Translations under genes and position numbers: made by a program | Source of the DNA: Sphingomonas sp. | Lineage (GTDB): Bacteria > Pseudomonadota > Alphaproteobacteria > Sphingomonadales > Sphingomonadaceae | DNA length: 54,575 nucleotides | Direction: 5' to 3' | Assembly (NCBI GenBank): GCA_031412595.1 | Contig: JANODH010000182.1 | Span: 1-54,575, forward strand | Notes under the pieces: generated by a model | Told to the model about the DNA's origin: nothing | Seen by the model: only the letters and a program-made list of their open reading frames with translations | The model's database searches: none | Part shown: in pieces, positions 28,770-40,806 of the stretch | Position numbering within the stretch: position 1 is the first letter of the stretch | How the letters are laid out: each line of letters starts with the position of its first letter

Positions 28770-28903
28770 AAGTCTGTCCCTAAGGCAAAGCACTCGCTTT
28801 GCGGCATGCTTGTGCATCTATGCCTGTCACTCTTAACATTTTCCAGCATCGGCTGCATGAATATTGCTGCTCTGGCGCAAATGCATCGCTACGGCGTGGC
28901 ACA

Positions 28904-29749
28904 ATGTCCGATGAACCTTTCCATGCACACCATTTTGATCCGCCGCAGGGCCCGGTCATCCTTTCGGTGCCCCACGCCGGTCGCGCTTACGATGCAGCGG
29001 TTTTGACCGCACTGCGTGTTCCGCAGTCCAGTATTTTACCGCTGGAGGACCGGTATGCCGATCGCCTCGTTGACGCTGCCGTTGCTGCGCGTGTTCCGAC
29101 GATTATCGCCAACATTCCCCGCCTCATGATCGATCTCAACCGCGCGCCGGACGATATCGATCCCGACGCCGTGCAAGGCGGGTATGGACGTGGTGTGCCG
29201 GCAACGCCGAAAGCGCGGGCAGGGCTCGGCGTGATACCAACGCGGCTCTGGGGGGTCGGCGCTCTTTGGCAGACCGCGCTAAAACCGACAGTGATTGCCG
29301 ACCGCGTAGAAGCAATTCATGCGCCTTATCACGCGGCGATATCAACGGCACTTCATAAAGCGCGCCAAAACCATGGGTCTGCGCTGTTGATCGATGTCCA
29401 CTCGATGCCGCCCGTGAACGGCGATGATGCGCCAGACATTGTTATTGGCGACCGATTCGGTAAAAGTGCTGTGGCGCAAGTCACGGCACTGGCCGAAGCT
29501 TTGTTCAGGGATCTTGGCTTTCGAGTCGCGGTGAACGCACCTTATGCTGGCGGCTACGTCGTTTCGCGCCATGCCGCGCCACACGCAGGCATTCACGCAT
29601 TGCAAATCGAACTTGACCGGCGGCTTTATCTTGACGCAGCGCTCGACCAGCCAGCGCTCGGCCTCGCACGGGTGCAGGCTGCCGTGCTCACAGCAGTCGA
29701 ACGGTTACGCGAGGCACTGCCCGGCCAGTTTGCCGCCGCCGCCGAATAG
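28904..29749 (+). CDS. N-formylglutamate amidohydrolase
   Basis: SVPHAG, EDRYAD, IDLNR, PYH, IDVHSMP, DIVIGDRFG, NAPYAGG, LQIELDR. Confidence 0.9.
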   Translation: MSDEPFHAHHFDPPQGPVILSVPHAGRAYDAAVLTALRVPQSSILPLEDRYADRLVDAAVAARVPTIIANIPRLMIDLNRAPDDIDPDAVQGGYGRGVPATPKARAGLGVIPTRLWGVGALWQTALKPTVIADRVEAIHAPYHAAISTALHKARQNHGSALLIDVHSMPPVNGDDAPDIVIGDRFGKSAVAQVTALAEALFRDLGFRVAVNAPYAGGYVVSRHAAPHAGIHALQIELDRRLYLDAALDQPALGLARVQAAVLTAVERLREALPGQFAAAAE

Positions 29750-29752
29750 GGC

Positions 29753-29856
29753 AAAAAACCACCCCGTGCTTTCGCACGAGGTGGCCAGGTTCAGGGAGGA
29801 ACGCACCCGCAGGTGCGTCATCCAGAGCGCGAAAGGGGGAACGCACATCCAGACGC
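29753..29856 (-). ncRNA. MmgR / alpha-r8 (suhB-type) small RNA candidate
   Basis: Core UUCCUCCCU followed by terminator hairpin CCACCUCGUGC-GAAA-GCACGGGGUGG and U6; convergent on the N-formylglutamate amidohydrolase gene, the known synteny of this family; 5' end inferred from the promoter. Confidence 0.7.
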
Positions 29857-29860
29857 ACTA

Positions 29861-29889
29861 AATGTATGTAAGGCACCGAGCGGTTTCAA
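29861..29889 (-). promoter_or_regulatory. sigma70-type promoter of the sRNA
   Basis: TTGAAA-N17-TACATT on the minus strand. Confidence 0.55.
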
Positions 29890-29928
29890 GCGTCATTTTT
29901 CGCCGCCAAAAACACTTGGTCTTATGGT

Positions 29929-30702
29929 TCAGGCGATCTGCGGTTGCGGCATTTTGCCTTGGGCAACCTGTCGGCCGAAAAGTTCGCGCATGATGCCAAG
30001 TGAAAACAGATGCGCATGGATCAGCGGCAACATGCCCGACTGTGACATTTTACGAAGCTGATCGCCGCGCAGATTGCGAAGCTTTTCTTCGTTGACCATC
30101 TGAAAGCCACGATAAACGAACGGCGGCGTCGCTTCGTCTGTCTGGATCGACACTTCGCCATCCATCAGAATGTCGAGCGCTTTCAGTTCCTCCATGAAAG
30201 CGCCTGTGCGCTGGCCAGCCTGCTCGAACTGTTCACAAAACGCGAGGATGTTTTTCGTCGCTTCCGAAGGCTGATCCCCGTCGAACACAGGATCGCCGTC
30301 GTCATAGGCGCCCATCGTTTCGTTCGTGGGGTCAACGCACAACGATAACTCATCAGCATCGGGGCGGAGTTTAGCGAGCAGGAATGGGTAACGACGCACA
30401 TATGCCGGGACATAGGCCTCCTGAACCATCTTTCCGTCTTCGCCGATAAAGGTGTTGACCCCTTCGTTCAGGCCCATCAGCACAAGTGGCACCGGCTGGT
30501 CGCCGACCGTGAAGATGATCGGATAAAAACGCTGGGCAATCGAGAATTCCTCGACAGTCACGGGTATGGCATGTTCGGTGTGCAGGAACGGAGCGGCGTC
30601 GCTTGTTTTATAGCGCCAGGTGCCGTGCTCCTGCTGCGAAATCGGAACAAGGTCCTTGTAGAGCAGCGGCAGACTTTGGTTCTGGGGGGCCGTGCTGGCC
30701 AT
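29929..30702 (-). CDS. SapC family protein
   Basis: IPVTVEEF, YPIIF, LMGLNEGVN, YVPAYVRRYPF, GFQMVNEEKL, IHAHLFSL. Confidence 0.88.
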   Translation of the reverse strand: MASTAPQNQSLPLLYKDLVPISQQEHGTWRYKTSDAAPFLHTEHAIPVTVEEFSIAQRFYPIIFTVGDQPVPLVLMGLNEGVNTFIGEDGKMVQEAYVPAYVRRYPFLLAKLRPDADELSLCVDPTNETMGAYDDGDPVFDGDQPSEATKNILAFCEQFEQAGQRTGAFMEELKALDILMDGEVSIQTDEATPPFVYRGFQMVNEEKLRNLRGDQLRKMSQSGMLPLIHAHLFSLGIMRELFGRQVAQGKMPQPQIA

Positions 30703-30883
30703 CGGGACTCTCCGGATAAAGATTGGGGTTGAACTTGCGCGCTGCCCTATGGCGCATGCGCGGCGGACGCAAGCGGGACACACTGTTCGAACGCAACATC
30801 TTTTAACCCTATTGCCATGCGGTCGAGTTAATCATGCATTCAACCACCGAACCGCATCGCCTGAAAACCATGGAAAATTCACT

Positions 30884-31315
30884 GTGTATTCACTGATTCT
30901 CGCGTTGTTGGCAGCGGCTGCAGATCCTTTCCCCGCGCCGGAAATTCGCGACACTCAATTCGCGCAGTTGACGATCCAGCAACGTGTTGTTGTGCGCGTG
31001 CCGCTTGTGCCGGTTCAGCCTCCCTCGCAAGTCCTTACCCGATGGGTCGAGAAAAAAGGCCCGAAATGCGTCAGCTTGAACGATCTTGCGGGATTTGTCG
31101 TCCGCGGACCGCAAGTCGTCGATCTTTTCATGCGCAATGGCGGGCGCGTGCGCACCCGGCTGGAAAAGCAATGTTCGGGCGTCGACTTGGGCTATGGCTT
31201 TTATGTCAAGCCGACAAGCGATGGTCAGCTTTGTCGCGACCGTGACATGGTCCATGCGCGAACGGGCGGCCGATGTGCAGTCCAACGGTTTTCAAGTCTT
31301 GTCGCGGAACGTTGA
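30884..31315 (+). CDS. Small secreted four-cysteine hypothetical protein
   Basis: Hydrophobic leader (YSLILALLAAAA), KCV, QCSG, LCRDRD, RCAV; start (GTG 30884) uncertain. Confidence 0.65.
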   Translation: MYSLILALLAAAADPFPAPEIRDTQFAQLTIQQRVVVRVPLVPVQPPSQVLTRWVEKKGPKCVSLNDLAGFVVRGPQVVDLFMRNGGRVRTRLEKQCSGVDLGYGFYVKPTSDGQLCRDRDMVHARTGGRCAVQRFSSLVAER

Positions 31316-31372
31316 CTTGACTTTGCGCGCCCTTGTGCGCACCGCAAATGCGACTTTCCAACGGACATTTTC

Positions 31373-32713
31373 ATGAAGTTTGCCGACCTCGGCCTTTCCG
31401 ATCCTTTGCTCCGCGCAGTGACAGATTCGGGATATAGCGAAGCCACCCCGATTCAGGCTCAGGCGATCCCGAGCGTCCTAATGATGCGCGACCTGATCGG
31501 CATTGCTCAAACCGGGACCGGCAAGACTGCCAGTTTCGTTCTGCCGATGATCGATATTCTCGCCGAAGGCCGTAGCCGTGCGCGGATGCCACGCTCGTTG
31601 ATCCTCGAGCCGACACGTGAACTCGCGGCGCAAGTTGCCGAGAATTTCGAGAAATACGGCAAATATCACAAACTTTCGATGGCGCTGCTGATCGGCGGTG
31701 TGCAGATGGGTGATCAGGTAAAAGCACTCGAAAAAGGTGTTGATGTTCTGATTGCAACACCGGGCCGACTGATGGATCTTTTCAGTCGCGGCAAGATCAT
31801 GCTGAACGATTGCACACTGCTGGTGATCGACGAAGCAGACCGCATGCTCGATATGGGCTTCATTCCCGATATCGAAGAAATCTGTACCAAACTTCCGACC
31901 AATCGTCAGACGCTGCTGTTTTCGGCAACCATGCCGGGACCGATCAAGAAGCTTGCCGACAAGTTTCTCAGCAATCCCAAGCAGATCGAAGTATCGCGTC
32001 CCGCAAGCGCGAACCTCCAAATCGAGCAGCGGATCGTCGAAGTATCGTCGCGCGGCAAAAAGGATGCGCTGATCGAGATTTTGCGCGCCGAGGACGTGAC
32101 TACCGCAATTGTCTTTTCGAACCGAAAAACGACGGTCCGTGAACTGTCGCAGAGTCTGTCTCGCGCGGGCTTCAAAGCCGGCCAAATCCAAGGCGATATG
32201 GACCAGTCGGAGCGGATCAAGGAACTCGACCGCTTCAAAAGCGGCGCAATTACGGTGCTGGTCGCATCCGATGTTGCAGCGCGCGGCCTCGACGTAAAAG
32301 GCGTGAGCCATGTCGTGAATTACGACGTGCCCTGGCATCCCGATGATTATGTCCATCGGATCGGCCGTACGGGTCGCGCCGGTGCGACGGGCAAAGCCTT
32401 TACGCTGATGACGCCCGAAGATGCCGAAGCAGTGGCGCAAATCGAAAAACTGACCAGCACAAAGATTGAGCGCGTCGGCAAAGCAAGATCAGCACCACAA
32501 GATGATGAAAACGAAGCACCTGCGACAGCGAAGCCTGCGCGCCGTTCGCGGAAAACGGCCGAGCCGCAGATCGAGAAGCCTGCTGTTGCCGCCCGCCGAC
32601 CGCAGGCAGAGCGCAAAGCGCCACCGCCGGCACCATCACTAGTACGCGACGATAGCGACGATGACGGCTGGAACGGCCCAATGCCAGGCTTCCTGAGCGT
32701 AAAACTCGCTTAA
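31373..32713 (+). CDS. DEAD-box RNA helicase (RhlE-like)
   Basis: Q motif, AQTGTGKT, PTRELA, TPGRL, DEAD, SAT, ARGLD, HRIGRTGRAG. Confidence 0.95.
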   Translation: MKFADLGLSDPLLRAVTDSGYSEATPIQAQAIPSVLMMRDLIGIAQTGTGKTASFVLPMIDILAEGRSRARMPRSLILEPTRELAAQVAENFEKYGKYHKLSMALLIGGVQMGDQVKALEKGVDVLIATPGRLMDLFSRGKIMLNDCTLLVIDEADRMLDMGFIPDIEEICTKLPTNRQTLLFSATMPGPIKKLADKFLSNPKQIEVSRPASANLQIEQRIVEVSSRGKKDALIEILRAEDVTTAIVFSNRKTTVRELSQSLSRAGFKAGQIQGDMDQSERIKELDRFKSGAITVLVASDVAARGLDVKGVSHVVNYDVPWHPDDYVHRIGRTGRAGATGKAFTLMTPEDAEAVAQIEKLTSTKIERVGKARSAPQDDENEAPATAKPARRSRKTAEPQIEKPAVAARRPQAERKAPPPAPSLVRDDSDDDGWNGPMPGFLSVKLA

Positions 32714-32714
32714 T

Positions 32715-33587
32715 TCAGTTTTGGGCCTGACGATATTCACCGGCAAACGCCCAGCGCAGGGTTTGCGCCATGCCGAATGTGCCGAGGTGCACGAGCGGTG
32801 CGATCAATGGAGACGGGCGGAACCCGTGCATGGCGCGTGCCCAACTCGGTAAAAGCGCAACAGCGGCATCGCTGATAACGCTTTGCGCCATGGCGCCGCG
32901 CGGATCGGCCGGGCGCTGGCTGAGGATGAGGCTGCAGACCTCGCGTGTGCGGGCATCGACCAGCAATTCATGGCGCATCGAGCGCAAGATTGCATCGGCC
33001 TCGGCGCGAGTTTCAGGAACCGGGTCAGCGCCGAGCATGCGCGCGACGACGGCACTCTCGGCAAAATAGCGATCCTGATCGACGCGCGACATGCCTGGCT
33101 CGCCGTATCGGATCCACCCATCGAGGAAACTCACGGCTTCGCAGACATGGACCCACGCCAGCAGATGCGGATCGCTTGCCGCATATGTCGTACCGTCGGG
33201 CCGTGCGCCCTTTACGGCATCATGAGCACGCCGCACTTGACCCACGAGCCTTTCGGCGTCGGCACGGTCGGCATAAGTGGTCACGGCAATAAACCGTGCT
33301 GTGCGCCGCAGCCGCCCGATCATGTCGTCGCGAAACCGCGAATGATCCCAGACGCCTGCAAGTGCCAGCGGGTGCAGCATCTGCATCAGCAACGCCGATA
33401 TGCCGCCCACCATCATTGTCGTAACGTCACCGTGAACGCGCCAGATCACTGATCCGCGCGGAAAAAGCGCGTTACCCGACATCGGCGTCGGCGTTTCGCC
33501 TTTTGCCTGATCATTGAATAAAGCGCGCACGTCGCCAACGACGCGGCGGCGCAAAATTTCCGACAAGGCGAATCTCGAAGCTGGCAT
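32715..33587 (-). CDS. Oxygenase MpaB-family (DUF2236) protein
   Basis: WRVHGD, GGISALLMQMLHP, GVWDHSRF, RLRRT, YAASDPHLLAWVH. Confidence 0.85.
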   Translation of the reverse strand: MPASRFALSEILRRRVVGDVRALFNDQAKGETPTPMSGNALFPRGSVIWRVHGDVTTMMVGGISALLMQMLHPLALAGVWDHSRFRDDMIGRLRRTARFIAVTTYADRADAERLVGQVRRAHDAVKGARPDGTTYAASDPHLLAWVHVCEAVSFLDGWIRYGEPGMSRVDQDRYFAESAVVARMLGADPVPETRAEADAILRSMRHELLVDARTREVCSLILSQRPADPRGAMAQSVISDAAVALLPSWARAMHGFRPSPLIAPLVHLGTFGMAQTLRWAFAGEYRQAQN

Positions 33588-33632
33588 TTGTCGCTTATCG
33601 CATCACGAGTGACGCAGTGATAGGGCGCGCTC

Positions 33633-35024
33633 ATGCAAACCCCGACGCCGCGAACTTTATGGACGACAGAGACCCGTGCAATGCTGTCGCTGGCACTGCC
33701 GATAATTCTTGCCAACGTCGCGCAATCGACAATCAACGCGACCGATCTGGTTTTGCTTGGACGCCTCAACGCCGACGCGCTGGCCGCGGGTTCGCTCGCG
33801 TTCAATCTTTACGTGCCGCTGCTGGTTTTCGGCATCGGCCTGCTTGCGGCCGTTTCGCCACTGGTCGCCGCCGAACGGGGCGCGCGGCGGCATTCGGTTC
33901 GCGAAGTGCGGCGGACCGTGCGGCAGGGCCTGTGGCATGCCGTAACGCTCGCGATTCCATGCTGGCTGATCCTGTGGCACGCGCCGGACTTGCTGCTGAT
34001 GCTGGGTCAGGCACCTGATCTGGCCGCAGGAGCCGGTCGTTTTGTGCGGATAATCATGTGGAGCCTGCTCCCCATTTTCTGGTTCTTCGTGCTGCGCAAT
34101 TTCATTTCGGCGATCGAACGGCCGAACTGGGCAGCGGCTGTGTTGTTCGCACAAGTCGCGATCAATGCGCTGCTCGGCTGGGTGCTCATTTTCGGGAAAC
34201 TGGGCGCTCCTGCCTTGGGCCTCGAGGGGTCAGCAATTGCGAGCGCGCTTGCCAATCTGTTCGTGTTTCTCGCGCTCGCTGCGGTCGTTACGTTCGTGAA
34301 GCCGTTCAAGCGATATCGCATTTTCGGGCGCTGGTGGCGGGCAGACTGGCCGCGCTACCGCCACGTCGCGGCCGTCGGGTTGCCGATTGCGATTACTCTG
34401 CTGTTTGAAGTCGCAGTGTTCGCAGCGGCCGTTTTCATCATGGGGCTGATCGGCCGCAACGAGATCGCGGCGCATGCGATTGCCCTGCAGATTGCCGCAT
34501 TCACATTCATGGTTCCGCTGGGACTTGCACAGGCGGGAACAGTGCGTGTCGGCCTCGCTTATGGCGCGCGCGATCCGGCTGGAATCGCGCGTGCGGGCTG
34601 GGTCGCATTGGCGCTCGGCGTCGGTTTCATGGCCGTCATGGCTTTGACGCTGATCCTGTTTCCCCGGCCGCTGATCGGCATTTTCATCGATATTTCCGAT
34701 CCCCGCAATACCGCCGTTGTCGCGCTTGCCGTCCAGTTTATGGGGATCGCTGCGTTGTTTCAGATTGTCGACGGCGCGCAAAGCGTTGGCGCCGGTGTTT
34801 TGCGTGGGCTCCAGGATACGCGCTGGCCAATGATCTTTGCCGCCTTCGGTTACTGGGTTGTGGGGATCGGTGTGGGGATCGTGCTTGCTTTTCCGCTTGG
34901 GCTCGAAGGCTTGGGCGTATGGATCGGTCTGGCAAGCGGCCTTGCCGTGGTTGCAGTGCTGATGGTGTGGCGTTGGACGCAGCGTGACGCGCTCGGGCTC
35001 CTACCCGCCGCGCACGGTCGGTAG
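33633..35024 (+). CDS. MATE-family efflux transporter (NorM-like)
   Basis: About 12 TM helices; LALPIIL, GLPIA...FE, AAHAIALQ, FMVPLG, FQIVDGAQ, LRGLQDT. Confidence 0.92.
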   Translation: MQTPTPRTLWTTETRAMLSLALPIILANVAQSTINATDLVLLGRLNADALAAGSLAFNLYVPLLVFGIGLLAAVSPLVAAERGARRHSVREVRRTVRQGLWHAVTLAIPCWLILWHAPDLLLMLGQAPDLAAGAGRFVRIIMWSLLPIFWFFVLRNFISAIERPNWAAAVLFAQVAINALLGWVLIFGKLGAPALGLEGSAIASALANLFVFLALAAVVTFVKPFKRYRIFGRWWRADWPRYRHVAAVGLPIAITLLFEVAVFAAAVFIMGLIGRNEIAAHAIALQIAAFTFMVPLGLAQAGTVRVGLAYGARDPAGIARAGWVALALGVGFMAVMALTLILFPRPLIGIFIDISDPRNTAVVALAVQFMGIAALFQIVDGAQSVGAGVLRGLQDTRWPMIFAAFGYWVVGIGVGIVLAFPLGLEGLGVWIGLASGLAVVAVLMVWRWTQRDALGLLPAAHGR

Positions 35025-35152
35025 GTTGAGCTTATGCACAGTTACCACCGCTGCATTTGAAACGACATCAATCGTTCATCGAACAGACTTTTGGCGCAGT
35101 TAATCGGATGTTGACGCAATCTATCGGGGTTGCGCTACTCGAGGGCCGTCCC

Positions 35153-36757
35153 ATGAAATTCAAATCGCTGATTCTTGCAGCCACATTGATGTCTTCACCC
35201 GCTGTGCTGGTCTCCACTGCCGCAGCGCAGGCGATCCCAGGCGTCAAAAACGTGATCGTCATCATCAACGATGGTGGCGGACCGACGGTTTATGACGCCA
35301 CGCGCATGTATCTCGGCAAACCGCTCGTCACCGATGGCCCCGCTTTCAAGAAAATCCACGTTTCGACCTATCCGCTGCGCGAAGACCGCTTCCCCAACAG
35401 CGTTTACAGCACCGAACCGACGTTCGTCGGCGGCGTGCTCCAAGACAATAATCAGCCGCTGACCACCAGGCAGCAGGAAGCTGTTGTTTACAGCTCGGCG
35501 CGGTTCTGGGACACAACACCTGTCGCAGGGCCGTCGCTTGCAACAGGTTACAGCGCTTATCCTGCTGGCTTTGCTGGCTATGAATGGAGCCGCTTTGCGC
35601 ACCCCGACTCAGGTAACACGGCGTCGTCGCTTGCCAGCGGAACGCGCTCATACAACAACTCGATCAATGTCGATGGCGCTGGCGTGCCGCAAGTGACGAT
35701 CACGGATATCATCGACGCGGCCAAAGCCGTCGGGAAAACGACCGGTGTCGTTGCGACGGTTCAGTTCGGCGACGCAACGCCGGCAGCGCTCGGCGGCGCG
35801 CACAATGTGATGCGTGGCAACCGGACGGCAATCGCTGCTGAAATGTTCGCGAGCGGCAGGCTCGATGTCATCGGCGGCACGGGCAATCCCGATTTCGACG
35901 ACAATGGCAACGCACGCACGCCGAATTACAGCTGGATCAGCGCGGCGCAGTGGGCCGATCTGAAGAACGGCACGAACACGACCGGCACGAACGCCGTCAA
36001 ATGGAAGCTGCTTCAGGAAAAGGCCGACATCGACGCGCTTGCCGACAAGAAGGTCAAGCCACCGGTTCGCGTCGCCATGATCATGAAAGGCGACAATAGC
36101 ACGCAATATAATCGCAGCGGTGCCAATGTGAACCCGACGCTGCATGAGCCATTCGTGCCCGGAACGACGCTGCCGGCATGCTTCCCCGCCCCTGCCGTGC
36201 CGGTTCCTTGTGCGCAGCCGCTGAAAACCAACGTCCCGACACAAGTTAAGCTGACAATTGCTGCGCTCAATGTTCTCGGTTCGCAGGGCCGCGGCTTTTA
36301 CCTGATGTCCGAAGCCGGTGCCGTCGACCGCGCCGAACACGGCAACAGCACGGGGCGGATGATCGAAGAGCAGATCGACTCGGACAATACGGTTCAGGCC
36401 GTCATCGACTGGGTTAATCGTGCCGACACGGCAGCGACCTGGGACAACACATTGTTGATCGTGACGGCGGACCATGACCATTTGCTTCTCGGGCCAGATG
36501 CAGCGACGATCCCGCATCAGCCGCTCGTCGACAAGGGGCCTGGCAAGGTTCCCGGCAATCGCTGGTTCGGCCCGAATCATGGCACGGGTCTCGTCCCGCT
36601 CTATGCTTATGGCAAAGGCTCAGACGCCATCGCTGCTTTGGCAACGATGAACGATACGTACACCGACTCGAGCGGGCGGACTTTTGGCCTTGGCGCCTAC
36701 ACTGAGCAAACAGCGCTCGGCAAAGTGCTCAAGGATACGCTCGGTCAGGCGAACTGA
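35153..36757 (+). CDS. Alkaline phosphatase (PhoA family), secreted
   Basis: Signal peptide; NVIVIINDGGG, PDSGNTAS (catalytic Ser), DATPAA, SEAGAVDRAEHGN, VTADHDH, NHG metal ligands. Confidence 0.9.
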   Translation: MKFKSLILAATLMSSPAVLVSTAAAQAIPGVKNVIVIINDGGGPTVYDATRMYLGKPLVTDGPAFKKIHVSTYPLREDRFPNSVYSTEPTFVGGVLQDNNQPLTTRQQEAVVYSSARFWDTTPVAGPSLATGYSAYPAGFAGYEWSRFAHPDSGNTASSLASGTRSYNNSINVDGAGVPQVTITDIIDAAKAVGKTTGVVATVQFGDATPAALGGAHNVMRGNRTAIAAEMFASGRLDVIGGTGNPDFDDNGNARTPNYSWISAAQWADLKNGTNTTGTNAVKWKLLQEKADIDALADKKVKPPVRVAMIMKGDNSTQYNRSGANVNPTLHEPFVPGTTLPACFPAPAVPVPCAQPLKTNVPTQVKLTIAALNVLGSQGRGFYLMSEAGAVDRAEHGNSTGRMIEEQIDSDNTVQAVIDWVNRADTAATWDNTLLIVTADHDHLLLGPDAATIPHQPLVDKGPGKVPGNRWFGPNHGTGLVPLYAYGKGSDAIAALATMNDTYTDSSGRTFGLGAYTEQTALGKVLKDTLGQAN

Positions 36758-36791
36758 TCGCGCGGCTCAAACCCATTCAGACAGGAAATTT

Positions 36792-37412
36792 ATGATGAAA
36801 ACTTTTGCAATGGCTGCATTGGCCGGAATCGCCGCAGCATCAATCCCGACCGCGGCCTCGGCTGCTGACTTTTCGTTCGTTGGTTCGTTCGCCAAAGACA
36901 ATGGAAAAGCGGCTTTCACCTTTACGCTCGGAACCGCCGGGACAGTTGATTTCGTTAGTCTGGGCTATGCCGGCGGCGTCAATTCGGCGGGTGCATCGAT
37001 CGCTGCGGGTGGTTTCGATGCTGTCCTGTCGGTTTACGACGCCAGTGGCTTCAATATCGGCACAGGCGACGACGGCACTGTTGTCGACCCCATCACGACA
37101 TTTGCGCGTGACCCCCTCTTGTCGCTCACTCTGGCTGCCGGAAGCTATTCGGTCTACTTGACGCAATATGACAACTTCGGTCCGGCAAGCCTCGGTTTGC
37201 CATTCGCGTTCGACGACCAACCCGACTTCCGCAGCGGGTTCGTCGATTTCGACGGCTTCAAGCGAACCGGCAATTGGGCGCTCGACATCCGCGGCGTGAG
37301 TGTTGCGGCGGCAATTCCCGAAGCATCGACATGGGCCCTGCTGATCGTCGGTTTTGGCGCCGTCGGTGTTGCTATGCGCCGCCGGCCCAGAGTGTCGGTA
37401 TCGTTCGCTTAA
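36792..37412 (+). CDS. PEP-CTERM (PEPxxWA-type) sorted surface protein, DVUA0089-like domain
   Basis: Signal peptide ASA|A; GGFDAVLSVYD; C-terminal IPEASTWALLIVGFGAVGVAMRRR. Confidence 0.88.
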   Translation: MMKTFAMAALAGIAAASIPTAASAADFSFVGSFAKDNGKAAFTFTLGTAGTVDFVSLGYAGGVNSAGASIAAGGFDAVLSVYDASGFNIGTGDDGTVVDPITTFARDPLLSLTLAAGSYSVYLTQYDNFGPASLGLPFAFDDQPDFRSGFVDFDGFKRTGNWALDIRGVSVAAAIPEASTWALLIVGFGAVGVAMRRRPRVSVSFA

Positions 37413-37435
37413 ACCAATCTTCAAGCACGGTTCTG

Positions 37436-39581
<2,146 letters not shown>

Positions 39582-39582
<1 letters not shown>

Positions 39583-40247
39583 TATTTGGGCACGGCATCC
39601 GAGGGCAAAGCGGCAGGCGGCGCAACGGCGGCAAGCGCCGGCAAGGCAATGCGCGGCGCCATCGGACCGTCGGCCTCGATCCATGCTTTCACGATTTTCG
39701 CCGGTGCCGCGGGTGGCTCGCCGCGCTCGATCAGGTCGACATATTGCATGCCCGAAACCACCCGACCGAAGGGGGTATACTTTCCATCGAGCCGCAGAAC
39801 CGGCAGAAAGACAATGAAAAACTGGCTATTGGCGCTATCGACATTTTCAGAACGCGCCATCGAGACGGTGCCACGCAAATGCGGCATTTCGTTGAATTCT
39901 GCCTTCAGATCAGGAAGTGGGGAGCCGCCTTCGCCTGTGCCTTTGGGATCGCCGGTCTGCGCCATGAAGCCATCGATCACGCGGTGGAACAGCAAGCCGT
40001 CATAAAAGCCAGCTCGAGTCAGCGCCTTGATCCGATCGACATGGGCAGGCGTCTTGTCGGGACGCAACTGGACCACGACCGTACCGCCGGTCGAAAGCTG
40101 CAAATGCCACAAATTGTCGGGGGTTGCCGCAGGCTCGACGACAGTGCTCGTCACGATCGTGCGCGGTGCCAGTTTCGGCTTCTTTTTCGCGATCGCAGGA
40201 CTGGCCAGCGCTAGAACGGCCACGAACGCAGTCAAAAAGGTCTTCAA
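39582..40247 (-). CDS. Periplasmic cyclophilin-type peptidyl-prolyl isomerase
   Basis: [40 protein letters not shown]; signal peptide. Confidence 0.93.
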
Positions 40248-40308
40248 ATTCTCAACTCCGCAAATTCCCTGCGACCCATAGGATGGTCAACTGTCCGCTG
40301 CCTGAACG

Positions 40309-40806
40309 TCAACGCCCTTTTCGTCCAATGGTTTCGACGCGAGCGACGACTTCGGCTTCGACACTCGGCATGACGAATTTGCCGATCGCGCCGCCGTAGA
40401 TTGCGATCTCTTTGACAAGGCGACTGGCAATCGGCTGCAGCGCAACATCGGCCATCAGAAAAACCGTCTCGATTTTGTTGTTCAACTGCTGGTTCATGCC
40501 AGCCATTTGATACTCATATTCGAAATCGGCGACCGCGCGCAGGCCGCGGATAATGATGCTGGCATTTTCGCGCTCGGCAAAATCCATAAGCAGCAGATCG
40601 AACGGCACGACGCGGACGCCCCCGATGTCCGCTGTTTCGCGAACGACAGTCGCCAGCCGTTCCTCGATTGTGAACATAGGGGATTTCGATGGATTGGTTG
40701 TGACACCGATGACCAGCTTGTCGACCAGTTTCGCGCCGCGCCGGATGATGTCCATGTGCCCGCGCGTCAGCGGGTCGAACGTGCCCGGATAAACGCCAAT
40801 CCGCAT
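40309..40806 (-). CDS. coaD: Phosphopantetheine adenylyltransferase
   Basis: YPGTFDPLTRGH, RGLRAVADFEYE. Confidence 0.96.
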   Translation of the reverse strand: MRIGVYPGTFDPLTRGHMDIIRRGAKLVDKLVIGVTTNPSKSPMFTIEERLATVVRETADIGGVRVVPFDLLLMDFAERENASIIIRGLRAVADFEYEYQMAGMNQQLNNKIETVFLMADVALQPIASRLVKEIAIYGGAIGKFVMPSVEAEVVARVETIGRKGR

